Below, in pieces: positions 40,145 through 49,114 of a DNA stretch of 64,000 nucleotides; within the stretch, counting starts at the first letter, position 1; every line of letters begins with the position of its first letter. This DNA is from a phage. The translations under genes and the position numbers were made by a program. The notes under the pieces are model-generated. The model had not been told where the DNA came from, made no database searches, and saw only the letters and a list, made by a program, of their open reading frames with translations. Where the stretch lies: sequence record PZ452579.1; one strand, 5' to 3'.

Positions 40145-40639
40145 TCACAACTTATTAATATTTACTTTAATTCGCTTTCTTTTCTTGGAAGGAATTTGTT
40201 CTGGACCTTTATTTACGACTGCACCTGTAGTTGTTCCTGATGCAATAGCTTGAGGACTACCGCCTGAATCACCAGCAACCATATCCTCAAATAAAGGGAG
40301 TTCTTTAAATATTTCTTTCTGTTGTTCTTCCGTAATGTTATAGCGTGAAGCTACAGCACTCCAGGCAGACATCATTGAGGCCATTCCATTAAGACCTGGA
40401 ACAGTGCTCATCATTCGCTTCATTGAACGAACTGAAGCATGAAAAGGTGTATACGCCGCTTTTTCTTCGGGAGTAGAAGGACGTTTAAGAACACTTCCAC
40501 GTTCATCGATGATTTTGGCTTCGTATGCTTTCCATTCGGTAAAAGGTTTTTGCATTAGTCGAATAAACTTATATGCATAAACAGAATCTATTGCAGTGTT
40601 AATAATACCCATAGGTACCTCCTGAGTATATTTAATCAA
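40145..40639 (-). CDS. hypothetical protein
   Basis: 164-aa ORF. Confidence 0.55.
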   Translation of the reverse strand: MIKYTQEVPMGIINTAIDSVYAYKFIRLMQKPFTEWKAYEAKIIDERGSVLKRPSTPEEKAAYTPFHASVRSMKRMMSTVPGLNGMASMMSAWSAVASRYNITEEQQKEIFKELPLFEDMVAGDSGGSPQAIASGTTTGAVVNKGPEQIPSKKRKRIKVNINKL

Positions 40640-40829
40640 TTACAAAGATTGCTTTGTCACCATTTATATCTGTGACTTCATATGTAGTGCCTTCATACTG
40701 TGGAATATTCCAAATTACACCATCATTAGCTTTTACACTAATATGGTATTGGTGTTTTGAAACAACTTCATAATCTTCAAAACTTGTAAAAACACTAATT
40801 TTAGAACCAGTGCAAATTGCAGTAGTCAT
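40632..40829 (-). CDS. hypothetical protein
   Basis: 65-aa ORF. Confidence 0.45.
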   Translation of the reverse strand: MTTAICTGSKISVFTSFEDYEVVSKHQYHISVKANDGVIWNIPQYEGTTYEVTDINGDKAIFVID

Positions 40830-40830
40830 T

Positions 40831-41490
40831 TTAACCTCGATTCATAAATGCATTAAATATTTGGTCATCAACAGAAATTTCTAATTCGACTTCAATTGCT
40901 TCAGCCTTTTCTTCAGGTGGTAATTCGTATCCACACACTACAATTTTTTCATCGATATCAAAATATACAGAAGCAATACGATTAATGTTATTTTCAGTTA
41001 AGTCTAAATCAACATCAACATCTTTTTGACCTACACTTAAAGGATAACTAATACGGGTTATTTTATTATCTTTAACAAAGAGACCACCAACATACTCTGT
41101 ACTACGTTTGAAGTTTACACGTTTCCGAATCGAAAGATATGATGCATCTTTACCGTGAGCTCGGCTCATAGGACATAATGAATAGCTAGAATAAGAGATG
41201 TCAAATCCTACACCTTCAATATGAGCCAACGTGTCATGATTAAACCAATTATAGTCATATGCCAAATCCATTATATTGTAATATGTGAAAGGCACAGGAT
41301 TAACATCATATGTTGTACCTTTAAAATCTGCCCAGGCAACGATTTCGTTATCTTTAACAATTACAAAAATTACACCGAGATGGTATCCGTTATTATTTTC
41401 ATTCGGCGTTATATTATAACATTGTGCATTAGGAAATTTACCATATTTAAATGGCGCATTTTTGTGCATATAATAAATCATATTATTCAC
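40831..41490 (-). CDS. hypothetical protein
   Basis: 219-aa ORF. Confidence 0.55.
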   Translation of the reverse strand: MNNMIYYMHKNAPFKYGKFPNAQCYNITPNENNNGYHLGVIFVIVKDNEIVAWADFKGTTYDVNPVPFTYYNIMDLAYDYNWFNHDTLAHIEGVGFDISYSSYSLCPMSRAHGKDASYLSIRKRVNFKRSTEYVGGLFVKDNKITRISYPLSVGQKDVDVDLDLTENNINRIASVYFDIDEKIVVCGYELPPEEKAEAIEVELEISVDDQIFNAFMNRG

Positions 41491-41776
41491 CTGTGATTTC
41501 GGTTACGATATCTTTGTTATCGAAATTAGGGTCACAATACAAAACATAGTTGTACTGCATGATACCGCCAGACTTAAGTTGTTCAACAACTTTATTAACC
41601 ATATTAGGACGGTCTCGTTTAGTGATGTTCATGATATCAGAGAAGATTTGTTGTTCAACATCTTCTTGATTTGCAGTCATTGACCACTCACAGAGGTCTT
41701 TATCATAACCTGCCGTAACTGGAGCCGGTGCACATGATACTGCAAGTAAGATTGCTGCCAATGATAACTTTTTCAT
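41483..41776 (-). CDS. sp: Spackle periplasmic protein (lysozyme inhibitor / superinfection exclusion)
   Basis: 97 aa; signal peptide MKKLSLAAILLAVSCAPAPVTAGYDKDLCEWSMTA...GGIMQYNYVLYCD matches T4 Sp. Confidence 0.85.
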   Translation of the reverse strand: MKKLSLAAILLAVSCAPAPVTAGYDKDLCEWSMTANQEDVEQQIFSDIMNITKRDRPNMVNKVVEQLKSGGIMQYNYVLYCDPNFDNKDIVTEITGE

Positions 41777-41839
41777 TTTAACTCCTTAGTTGATTTGATA
41801 GGACTACTATACTATAGTCCATCTATAATGTAAACAAGT

Positions 41840-42088
41840 TTATTCTTTTTCGCGAATAATAATTACTTGTTGAGGCTGCTGAGCAGATTTCTTTTCGGCA
41901 ACGATAGACCAAATTAAAGTTCCAATCCAACCAATCATCGTCCAGTTAAAGAGTAAAGATACAAAGAAGATTGCTGTTGTGCTTTTTGTGCCACGAATAA
42001 GTGCGATTACCCAAGGCAACATGTAAATGATGATTGAACCAATACCTGCGATTAAAACTGCTACTGAACTAGCTACGAATAATTCCAT
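41840..42088 (-). CDS. small membrane protein
   Basis: 82 aa with two hydrophobic spans. Confidence 0.55.
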   Translation of the reverse strand: MELFVASSVAVLIAGIGSIIIYMLPWVIALIRGTKSTTAIFFVSLLFNWTMIGWIGTLIWSIVAEKKSAQQPQQVIIIREKE

Positions 42089-42149
42089 GTTAATTTCCTC
42101 TTGATTTGTTATGTTTATAGTATCTTGTTTTAACTTTGGTGTAAACCAA

Positions 42150-42518
42150 TTAATTAAATTTGTTTAAACGTTCAATACGCTGGACGTAGTTATTCGCGAT
42201 TTGTTTCTGGGTAGGCTCTTTACCAGTTGTTTCAACATAGCGAATGAATGCGATTTCAGTAGCCTGTAAGCAATGTTCTTTAACGCGCTGTTCTTTTGAC
42301 ATAGCTACAGTATCAGAATCACGATAACGTTGAGCATGAGCATCAGCTTGAATCATTCGATTACCTACAGTAACCGGGTCTTCCACTTCAACTTTAGGTT
42401 GTTCATATTGTTTAACATTCGGATTGTAAATCAGTTGGCCAACGTTATTAGGAATAAAGCCATGGGCACCACATCCGGTTAATCCAAATACCATTGCTAA
42501 AGCGATTAATTTTTTCAT
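42150..42518 (-). CDS. predicted lipoprotein
   Basis: 122 aa; MKKLIALAMVFGLTGCGA lipobox. Confidence 0.6.
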   Translation of the reverse strand: MKKLIALAMVFGLTGCGAHGFIPNNVGQLIYNPNVKQYEQPKVEVEDPVTVGNRMIQADAHAQRYRDSDTVAMSKEQRVKEHCLQATEIAFIRYVETTGKEPTQKQIANNYVQRIERLNKFN

Positions 42519-42589
42519 TTCAATTTCCTCTGTAGTTGATAGAAAGATAGTAACACAGTATGCGGTGCTTGTAAACAGTTATTTTAAAA

Positions 42590-42778
42590 TTATCGAAAAT
42601 CTGCTTCGAAAACTTTCTCGTCATTAACAAATGCTTTAACTAATGCGTTGTTCACTTCAGCAAGTTGTACCGCAACCCACTCGATTTCTTCGCGATCACC
42701 TGATAACATGATATCTTTAGTGAACATATTATCATTTTTAAACCAGCCAATAAAAGTAACTTTAGTTAATTTGCTCAT
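42590..42778 (-). CDS. dmd: Dmd antitoxin-like protein (inhibitor of RnlA/LsoA-type toxins)
   Basis: Start set at ATG 42778 (ATGA overlap with upstream stop): MSKLTKVTFIGWFKNDNMFTKDI...ALVKAF matches T4 Dmd. Confidence 0.75.
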   Translation of the reverse strand: MSKLTKVTFIGWFKNDNMFTKDIMLSGDREEIEWVAVQLAEVNNALVKAFVNDEKVFEADFR

Positions 42779-43092
42779 ATTTCCTCGCAAAATGCCCATT
42801 CAGCGTGATAAACTGTAGCGCCTTTAGTATCATTCATTTGAACTACGTCTACCGGAGAAATTACTCGATAGAGACGTGGTTCACCTCCATAAGAGCGTGC
42901 TGCTCGTCCTGCATAAATCTTTGCTAAACCGATATCTTCAGTAAAGAATACACGATCCAAGTTTTTCTTACGTCCAGTTTCAGACAGAACTCCTGTTTCC
43001 TCAGGAGGACAAAGCATGTTTTCGATGTTAGCTGAACTACTTGAACCGTGATAAAAAATCTTAAATTCTGCTTTACAATCGATGGTTTTCAT
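42775..43092 (-). CDS. hypothetical protein
   Basis: 105-aa ORF; FYHGSSS motif; own promoter-in-hairpin upstream. Confidence 0.5.
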   Translation of the reverse strand: MKTIDCKAEFKIFYHGSSSSANIENMLCPPEETGVLSETGRKKNLDRVFFTEDIGLAKIYAGRAARSYGGEPRLYRVISPVDVVQMNDTKGATVYHAEWAFCEEI

Positions 43093-43118
43093 TTTGTTCT
43101 CCAGTAGTTGATAGGTCT

Positions 43119-43147
43119 ATAATAACACAACTACTGGAGAAGTAAAC
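43119..43147 (-). promoter_or_regulatory. T4-type early promoter nested in SD-sequestering hairpin
   Basis: minus strand GTTTAC, 17 nt, TATTAT; 12-bp inverted repeat CTCCAGTAGTTG (43099..43110) / CAACTACTGGAG (43128..43139); 3' arm contains SD GGAG. Confidence 0.55.
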
Positions 43148-43522
43148 TTAAAAACGTAATTTAGATATATCTGCGTTGATTTCGTTTTGGTTTGCATCGT
43201 ATGCAATTAAACGAACCGCTTTAGATGGGTCATTCAATGCATAGAAATGATGGAACATTGCTCGAACGATATCACCATTTACGAGTTCTACTTGGATAGG
43301 AGAACCTTTTTCGAGTTGGAAATGTTCATAAGCTTTGATGGTTCGTAGATAATCAAGTTTTTGATTTCCGGCTCCAACTATTTGTACGATACGTTTGCCC
43401 ATGTTTTCCATACGAGATACAATAGTTTTAGGAGCAAGAATAACGTAGGTTGCCAGTGGAGAAACTACTTCAACAGTTGTGTTTTCGGTGATTGCAGTAA
43501 AAATTGCTTGAGACATATTCAT
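43148..43522 (-). CDS. hypothetical protein
   Basis: 124-aa ORF. Confidence 0.55.
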   Translation of the reverse strand: MNMSQAIFTAITENTTVEVVSPLATYVILAPKTIVSRMENMGKRIVQIVGAGNQKLDYLRTIKAYEHFQLEKGSPIQVELVNGDIVRAMFHHFYALNDPSKAVRLIAYDANQNEINADISKLRF

Positions 43523-43588
43523 AATGTTTTCCTCTTGGTTGGTGTAAGTTCATCATATCATGCCTAGAGGAAGATGTAAACACCGAAA

Positions 43589-43610
43589 GGAGACCGAAGT
43601 CTCCTTTTTA
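43589..43610. terminator. hairpin terminator (best T-tract on plus strand) next to gene 41 stop
   Basis: GGAGAC-cgaa-GTCTCC followed by TTTTTATT on plus strand; minus-strand side has only TTTCGG. Confidence 0.45.
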
Positions 43611-45053
43611 TTAAAATTTTAACTCATTGGCTAAGCTATCTAGGTCAGCACGTGTTGCTTTGGCTTTACCTACGCGTTCCGTACGATTCACCTCTGCCTG
43701 ACGCATCTGAGCACCTGCGTTTTCATTTACTGTGTTAGGTGTGTTCATGCCTTCTTGCTCAATCTCAATCCATTTCTGGTTGCCTTTACGTACACCCATC
43801 AGGAATTTATTCCACTTATTCTTATCGCCGTATCGTGATTTGATTTGTTTGATAAGTTGTTGTTCAGCTTGTGCAAGTTCTTCGGTTTCAATTACGGCCA
43901 ACATGAAATCTGCCGTTGCTGGTAAACCTGCTGATTCTGCAATATCACTCATGTTCATATCCGAAGCATCCCATGCTGCACGTCCTACTTGAGCTGCAGT
44001 CCATAGAACTGTTTCAGATTCTACTGCTAATGCACGAAGTTCTTCTGCGATAGCTTTAACTAATGTGTAGCTATTTTCAGTGTAAACTCTGATACGACAA
44101 GACCCACAAATACCTAAGTAATCAACCATGATTACAGATGGCACAAAGTTCTTCTTAAGTTTTAACTCATTAAGCAATGCACGAAATGTATTAGCATTAG
44201 CTCCACCAGTAGGATACTGTTTAACTACTAAACGTCCTAATGTTGTTTTTGAACGCCATTTTTCCATCTTGGCTTTATATTCAGCATAAGATACGTTACC
44301 ATCATCGATATCATCGAGCGATACGTCAAGCATGTTTGCATCTATACGCTTAGCACAAACTTCTTCAGCCATTTCCATAGAAATATAAAGAACGTTATGA
44401 CCTGTTTGAAGATAATCTGCAGCAAGTGAACAAAGGCCTAAAGATTTACCAACGTTAACACCGGCCATTAAAACATTCAGTGTACCGGTTTCAGCACCAC
44501 CTTTAGTGATTTTATTTAGAATGTTTAATTTGAACGGGACCTTACGTGCTTTGTTCAGATAAGAAAGCCAGCGTGCTTCATAGTCTTCCATCCAGTCGTG
44601 TCCAACATAACTATCGAACGAAATTGAAAGTGCTTGACGCATAATATCAGGAATAGCTCCTACATCAGGCATTTTCTTGTTACGTTGTTCTGGAGGTAGT
44701 TCAGCATTAGACTGAATCTCAATGATTTTGGATGTAGCATTATACATCGCTTTTTGCTGGACATATTTCTCAGTTTCTTTAACCAACCATTCGTGGTCTT
44801 CAGGAGTATCAGCCAATTTTTCAATTAGGTCTGAAGTTCCTTTATATTCGGCTTCAGTTAAAGAACTGTTATCTAAAGCCACCTTTAATGCATTGATAGA
44901 TGGCATTGCATTATATTCGTTAACGTGGCTCTTTATAATTTTAAAGACATTTTTTGCCGGTCCACGCTCAAAATACTCAGAATCCATATAAGGCCAGACC
45001 TTAGAAAAATAAGCCTGGTCATATACTAGATGAGACAAAATAATTTCTACCAC
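43611..45053 (-). CDS. 41: replicative DNA helicase gp41 (DnaB-like)
   Basis: 480 aa; Walker A GVNVGKS; matches T4 gp41. Confidence 0.95.
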   Translation of the reverse strand: MVEIILSHLVYDQAYFSKVWPYMDSEYFERGPAKNVFKIIKSHVNEYNAMPSINALKVALDNSSLTEAEYKGTSDLIEKLADTPEDHEWLVKETEKYVQQKAMYNATSKIIEIQSNAELPPEQRNKKMPDVGAIPDIMRQALSISFDSYVGHDWMEDYEARWLSYLNKARKVPFKLNILNKITKGGAETGTLNVLMAGVNVGKSLGLCSLAADYLQTGHNVLYISMEMAEEVCAKRIDANMLDVSLDDIDDGNVSYAEYKAKMEKWRSKTTLGRLVVKQYPTGGANANTFRALLNELKLKKNFVPSVIMVDYLGICGSCRIRVYTENSYTLVKAIAEELRALAVESETVLWTAAQVGRAAWDASDMNMSDIAESAGLPATADFMLAVIETEELAQAEQQLIKQIKSRYGDKNKWNKFLMGVRKGNQKWIEIEQEGMNTPNTVNENAGAQMRQAEVNRTERVGKAKATRADLDSLANELKF

Positions 45054-45062
45054 GATAACTCC

Positions 45063-45425
45063 TTAAAAGAATTTAAATTTTTTCTTGGTTCGTTCATTAA
45101 AAGCTTGTTGTACTTGCATTGTAACACATTTTTCAACATGTGGTGCAAGTTCTGCTTTTCTGTCCTGGTCAAGAACTGCAAAGTCCATTACGATTTTACC
45201 ATCAACCCAGTCTAGTTTTGTAATATAGACTATATGATGGGAACCGTCTTCAAGTGTAATCAGAATCTCTTGAATGACATTTTCCATTGCTGAACGGATA
45301 ATTTTAAGAGATTCATTAAACACTCGTTCTTTGCGAATGTCTTCCCCTTCCGAAGAAGGGGATTCATCAACGATTTCTAGATTTAAATCATCGAGATTAT
45401 TCATCGAAATCTTCCATTTCGTCAA
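45063..45425 (-). CDS. 40: head assembly protein gp40-like
   Basis: 120-aa ORF between 41 and uvsX. Confidence 0.6.
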   Translation of the reverse strand: MTKWKISMNNLDDLNLEIVDESPSSEGEDIRKERVFNESLKIIRSAMENVIQEILITLEDGSHHIVYITKLDWVDGKIVMDFAVLDQDRKAELAPHVEKCVTMQVQQAFNERTKKKFKFF

Positions 45426-46569
45426 GGTCGTTTTCTATATCTGCTGCAGACGGAGCATCAGAAGTTTTAACCGGAACTTTAGTTGTTGCTTTGCAATTAA
45501 TAAGGTCGTTAACAGCGTCATCAACTTCTTTAATAGAAGAGATAGCACCTAGTTTATATTTAGTTTCAATTGCATCTCGGAAAGGTTTGTGTTTAAACAA
45601 AGGTCCCCAGAATTCTACACAATCAGTAGCTTTAGCACGCCATGATTTTTCTTCACGAATCATTTCACCTGTTTCTTCGTCAAGGAATTCGCGAGCATAC
45701 CAACCGGCTTTAGGCTTAACTACAAAACCAATTTCAGTTGCCATTTCTAACAAGCCACTGAATGGGTCAATACCGCCATCAAAATTAACCGTGATCGGGA
45801 AAGTAGATTTCTCTTTAACTGTGCGAGATTTTTCTGCTTTCAACGTGAAGTCATAACCGGTCAATTCTGTACCTTCTTTAACCTGACGTTTAGAGATAAA
45901 AAATACCGTGTTGGCAGAATAAAGAATACCTGTACCACCGCCCATAATCTCTTTAGGATACAATCCGCCGATTTCCATTGCTGTATGGTTAATTGCAACA
46001 CACGGAATATCTTTAATAGTCAAATACGGGGTCACAATACGGAAAAGAGATTTAAGTGCCTTAGCACGAGACATATCACCTACGACTTTCTCGTTCAATG
46101 CATCTTCGGTTTCTTTCTTAGATGCAGTATTACCAATCGAGTCAATAAAGATAATAACTTTATCACCGCGTTCAATAGCGTCAAGCTGATTAGTCATATC
46201 AACTTTAAGTTGTTCGACAGATTGAATCGGAGTATGAACTACACGGTCTAAATCAACACCCATTGAACGAAAATAAGATTCTGAAGCACCGAATTCTGAG
46301 TCATAAAACAAACAGATTGCATCTTTATATTTCTTCATATACGCTGCAACCATAGTTAGTCCAAACAACGTTTTAAAGTGTTTAGAAGGAGCAGCAAAAA
46401 TAGTTAAGCCTGATTGCAACCCTGCATTCAGAGCACCACCTAGTGCAATATTCAACATCGGAATACGAGTAGGGACTTCATCACGATTATTAAACAGCTT
46501 AGACTTAGTCAAGTCTGCAGTCATTTTAGAAGTAGAAGCTTTAATCAGACGAGATTTTAAATCAGACAT
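45397..46569 (-). CDS. uvsX: recombinase UvsX (RecA-like)
   Basis: 390 aa; MSDLKSRLIKASTSKMTADLTKSKLFNNRDE... matches T4 UvsX. Confidence 0.95.
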   Translation of the reverse strand: MSDLKSRLIKASTSKMTADLTKSKLFNNRDEVPTRIPMLNIALGGALNAGLQSGLTIFAAPSKHFKTLFGLTMVAAYMKKYKDAICLFYDSEFGASESYFRSMGVDLDRVVHTPIQSVEQLKVDMTNQLDAIERGDKVIIFIDSIGNTASKKETEDALNEKVVGDMSRAKALKSLFRIVTPYLTIKDIPCVAINHTAMEIGGLYPKEIMGGGTGILYSANTVFFISKRQVKEGTELTGYDFTLKAEKSRTVKEKSTFPITVNFDGGIDPFSGLLEMATEIGFVVKPKAGWYAREFLDEETGEMIREEKSWRAKATDCVEFWGPLFKHKPFRDAIETKYKLGAISSIKEVDDAVNDLINCKATTKVPVKTSDAPSAADIENDLDEMEDFDE

Positions 46570-46667
46570 TGTATTTTTCCATAGGCATCATTATATTTTA
46601 CTCATGTTTAAAAGATAAGATGATTATATACTAAGGGTTATACAGCATTTAAAACTTTAAATGGCTC

Positions 46668-47216
46668 TTAACGAGCCCATTTGATGATTTCTGTAATCAA
46701 ATCATTACGTTCGCTTGCATTAAATCCTATAACTTTGTTAGCACCATCATGATTAAGTAATTGATACGTTTGGATTTTGTTATGAATTGCAAACTCTTCA
46801 AAATGTGAAATGACTGTATTAAAACCGAATGAAGACAAAGTAATAAGGTCGTCTTCAAAACTTTCAGTCATTTCGTTACGTGTTAAAATAATTGTGAACA
46901 CATCATGGTTTTGGCAAAGACGAATATAATCCTGTTCATAAACGTCAAGAACCGAGTCCGCATCTTGTCGAATACGTCCATAAACCCAGTTACTAATATA
47001 TCCACGGTCTAACAGATAAATCTTAGTAGGGTCTAAATAATTCAACATCGTTTCGAAACAGCCAACTTCGTTTCGAGACTTAACATCGAAACGTCCATCA
47101 ACTGTTCGTTTAGGGAAATCAATCTTTACATATCTTTCACTAATTTCCATTATGTCATTAATGAAAGTTGTTTTACCAGCATTATCCGGGCCATCTACTA
47201 AAATAATTTTAGCCAT
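46668..47216 (-). CDS. P-loop kinase, thymidylate/dNMP-kinase-like
   Basis: 182 aa; Walker A ILVDGPDNAGKTT and DR(G)Y-like LLDRGYIS; occupies the T4 beta-gt position. Confidence 0.6.
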   Translation of the reverse strand: MAKIILVDGPDNAGKTTFINDIMEISERYVKIDFPKRTVDGRFDVKSRNEVGCFETMLNYLDPTKIYLLDRGYISNWVYGRIRQDADSVLDVYEQDYIRLCQNHDVFTIILTRNEMTESFEDDLITLSSFGFNTVISHFEEFAIHNKIQTYQLLNHDGANKVIGFNASERNDLITEIIKWAR

Positions 47217-47217
47217 T

Positions 47218-48117
47218 TTATTCCTCGATTACGACATCTTCGTATTTAGGTATATTATACGGCGAAGAAATTAAAGCATTAAAGTAGATGAACTCACCAA
47301 GACCTGGATGGAATACTTCTTCAGGATTTTCGAAATATTGAATCTTCGGACGTCCTTTAAGAATTTGATAGTACTCAGTTTTAGTCGGTTTAAAAATTCG
47401 AATCAGCGCTTCTTCAGGATACTTATTTCTGTCGAAGCTATTATTTGGATCGGTTATATAAAGCGGTTGACCTAATTGAATTGCACATTCAACCACTTGT
47501 TCAAAACGATAGCATGGGTCACTAATTCGAAATGGATGAAAAATACCATCTAGATGAATAGGAGCCAAATCACCTACAAGACGCTGCATGATGGAAGGAC
47601 GTATAACTTTCTGGGTTATGATAATCTTATTACCATCGGCACCAGCGTTAACCAGCACTTCCTTTTGACGTTTATTCAACACAGTTGTTTGGATTGAACG
47701 ATTAACCGACAACATGTCGGTTTTTAAGAATTCGTCAATATAAAAACGTGGTTTATTAGGGTCTGCGGTGATATTGAAATTGAATTCTACATCAAAAGCG
47801 CCGTCATATCCAGTGATATCTGTGATTAGAAAATCACAATCATAATAAGCAATTAATGAATCAACCACAAATTCATTTTCAGACCAGAAATATTTACGAG
47901 TGTTATACGCGTTATCTTTATACCATAATGGAACAAACTTAAATTCTGGGAAAAGACGTTCACATTCTTTAATATCAGATGCATTACGTGGATATGTAAT
48001 CACATCACCTGGATTAGCACGGTGCAAATGAAGTTGGAAGTTGCCATCCTTAAGGATAGCATACTGTCCAGTTTCATAAGACCGCATACTCAAGATAGGT
48101 ACGCGGAAAATAGCCAT
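47218..48117 (-). CDS. hypothetical protein, translationally coupled to gp42-like gene
   Basis: 299 aa; ATG overlaps the gp42-like stop (TAATG); no recognisable motif. Confidence 0.6.
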   Translation of the reverse strand: MAIFRVPILSMRSYETGQYAILKDGNFQLHLHRANPGDVITYPRNASDIKECERLFPEFKFVPLWYKDNAYNTRKYFWSENEFVVDSLIAYYDCDFLITDITGYDGAFDVEFNFNITADPNKPRFYIDEFLKTDMLSVNRSIQTTVLNKRQKEVLVNAGADGNKIIITQKVIRPSIMQRLVGDLAPIHLDGIFHPFRISDPCYRFEQVVECAIQLGQPLYITDPNNSFDRNKYPEEALIRIFKPTKTEYYQILKGRPKIQYFENPEEVFHPGLGEFIYFNALISSPYNIPKYEDVVIEE

Positions 48118-48833
48118 TAGTCAAGGAATCCTTTAACATAATCAAAATCACGTTCAAACACATGGGCACTTACCATGGTATGAGTATAATCACCAACTTC
48201 TACACCACATTCGTTAGCGATATAATGAAGTAATTTTCCTTGGAGATAAAAATCCAACTGCATAACAACAGCACAGTTCTGAGAACGCATATGACAGTGG
48301 GTATAAAGCTTACCATCGCGAATATAATAAGTCACTGAGTCAGTACATGGATATTCAAGTGTTTCGTCCGAATCAAGCAAAGCCTGATCAGAACTTTCTA
48401 GAATTTGGAACACAACTCTTCGAGAGTTAGGCTTCTCTTTAAGTTCTTTTAGAAGAGCTGGTAATTGGGCTGCAATGCGAGGACCATAGAAAGTGTTGAA
48501 GTTCGCAGGCAAAGCATCTGATTTTGGTTTAGAAATAAATTTAGCGACATTAGGATATGCCTTAAACGCTTCTTCTGCATCAGTACCACCAGAAATCATA
48601 AATTTCCAGAAGTCTTCGGCATATTCATAAGAGATGCGGTTAATACGTGGGTCGGTCATTTTGAATGATGATGGAGTGTCAACAACTACTGTCATAGACC
48701 CAATTTCATTACAACGTCCAATACGAGAATCAGTTACGAATTCCGGGTTTTCTAAAATTTCACGATTGACTGCTTTAAATGCGGCTTGAAAATCTGCGGC
48801 TTTGATATATTTCATTGTGTTATGTTTTCCCAT
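48117..48833 (-). CDS. 42: thymidylate-synthase-family pyrimidine hydroxymethylase (divergent gp42-like dCMP hydroxymethylase)
   Basis: 238 aa; TS-fold signatures NSRRVVFQ, EYPCTDS, HMRSQNCAVVMQLDF, GVEVGDYTHTMVSAHVF; SD GAGGT upstream. Confidence 0.7.
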   Translation of the reverse strand: MGKHNTMKYIKAADFQAAFKAVNREILENPEFVTDSRIGRCNEIGSMTVVVDTPSSFKMTDPRINRISYEYAEDFWKFMISGGTDAEEAFKAYPNVAKFISKPKSDALPANFNTFYGPRIAAQLPALLKELKEKPNSRRVVFQILESSDQALLDSDETLEYPCTDSVTYYIRDGKLYTHCHMRSQNCAVVMQLDFYLQGKLLHYIANECGVEVGDYTHTMVSAHVFERDFDYVKGFLD

Positions 48834-48874
48834 GTTTACCTCAATACAGTTATTATATACTCAATTCATAAAGC

Positions 48875-49114
48875 TTATTTGAATTTCTTGGCAATGTTGA
48901 TATAACGTAAAGCTTCAGCATCGATACTTCCAAGAACACTATGAAGAAATGCATCAGCGTAATATTCTAGTTGAACAGGTTCTTTAATCACTTTAGCCGC
49001 TTTGGTTTCAAACAGGCCCATAAGGGCCTTTTTAAGAATTTGTTCGTTAGTGTTCAGTTTCATAGTCAAAATCTCTTCATTAAGTTGGTGGTTAAAAGTT
49101 TTTCTAGAAATCAT
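48875..49114 (-). CDS. hypothetical protein
   Basis: 79-aa ORF; ATGA overlap with upstream stop. Confidence 0.45.
   Translation of the reverse strand: MISRKTFNHQLNEEILTMKLNTNEQILKKALMGLFETKAAKVIKEPVQLEYYADAFLHSVLGSIDAEALRYINIAKKFK

Noticed and set aside
46570-46667. Possible MotA-dependent middle promoter upstream of uvsX (ATGCTGTA about 15 nt upstream of TATAAT on minus strand)
   Set aside because: MotA box is imperfect and the spacing is longer than the canonical 11-13 nt; left as unconfirmed
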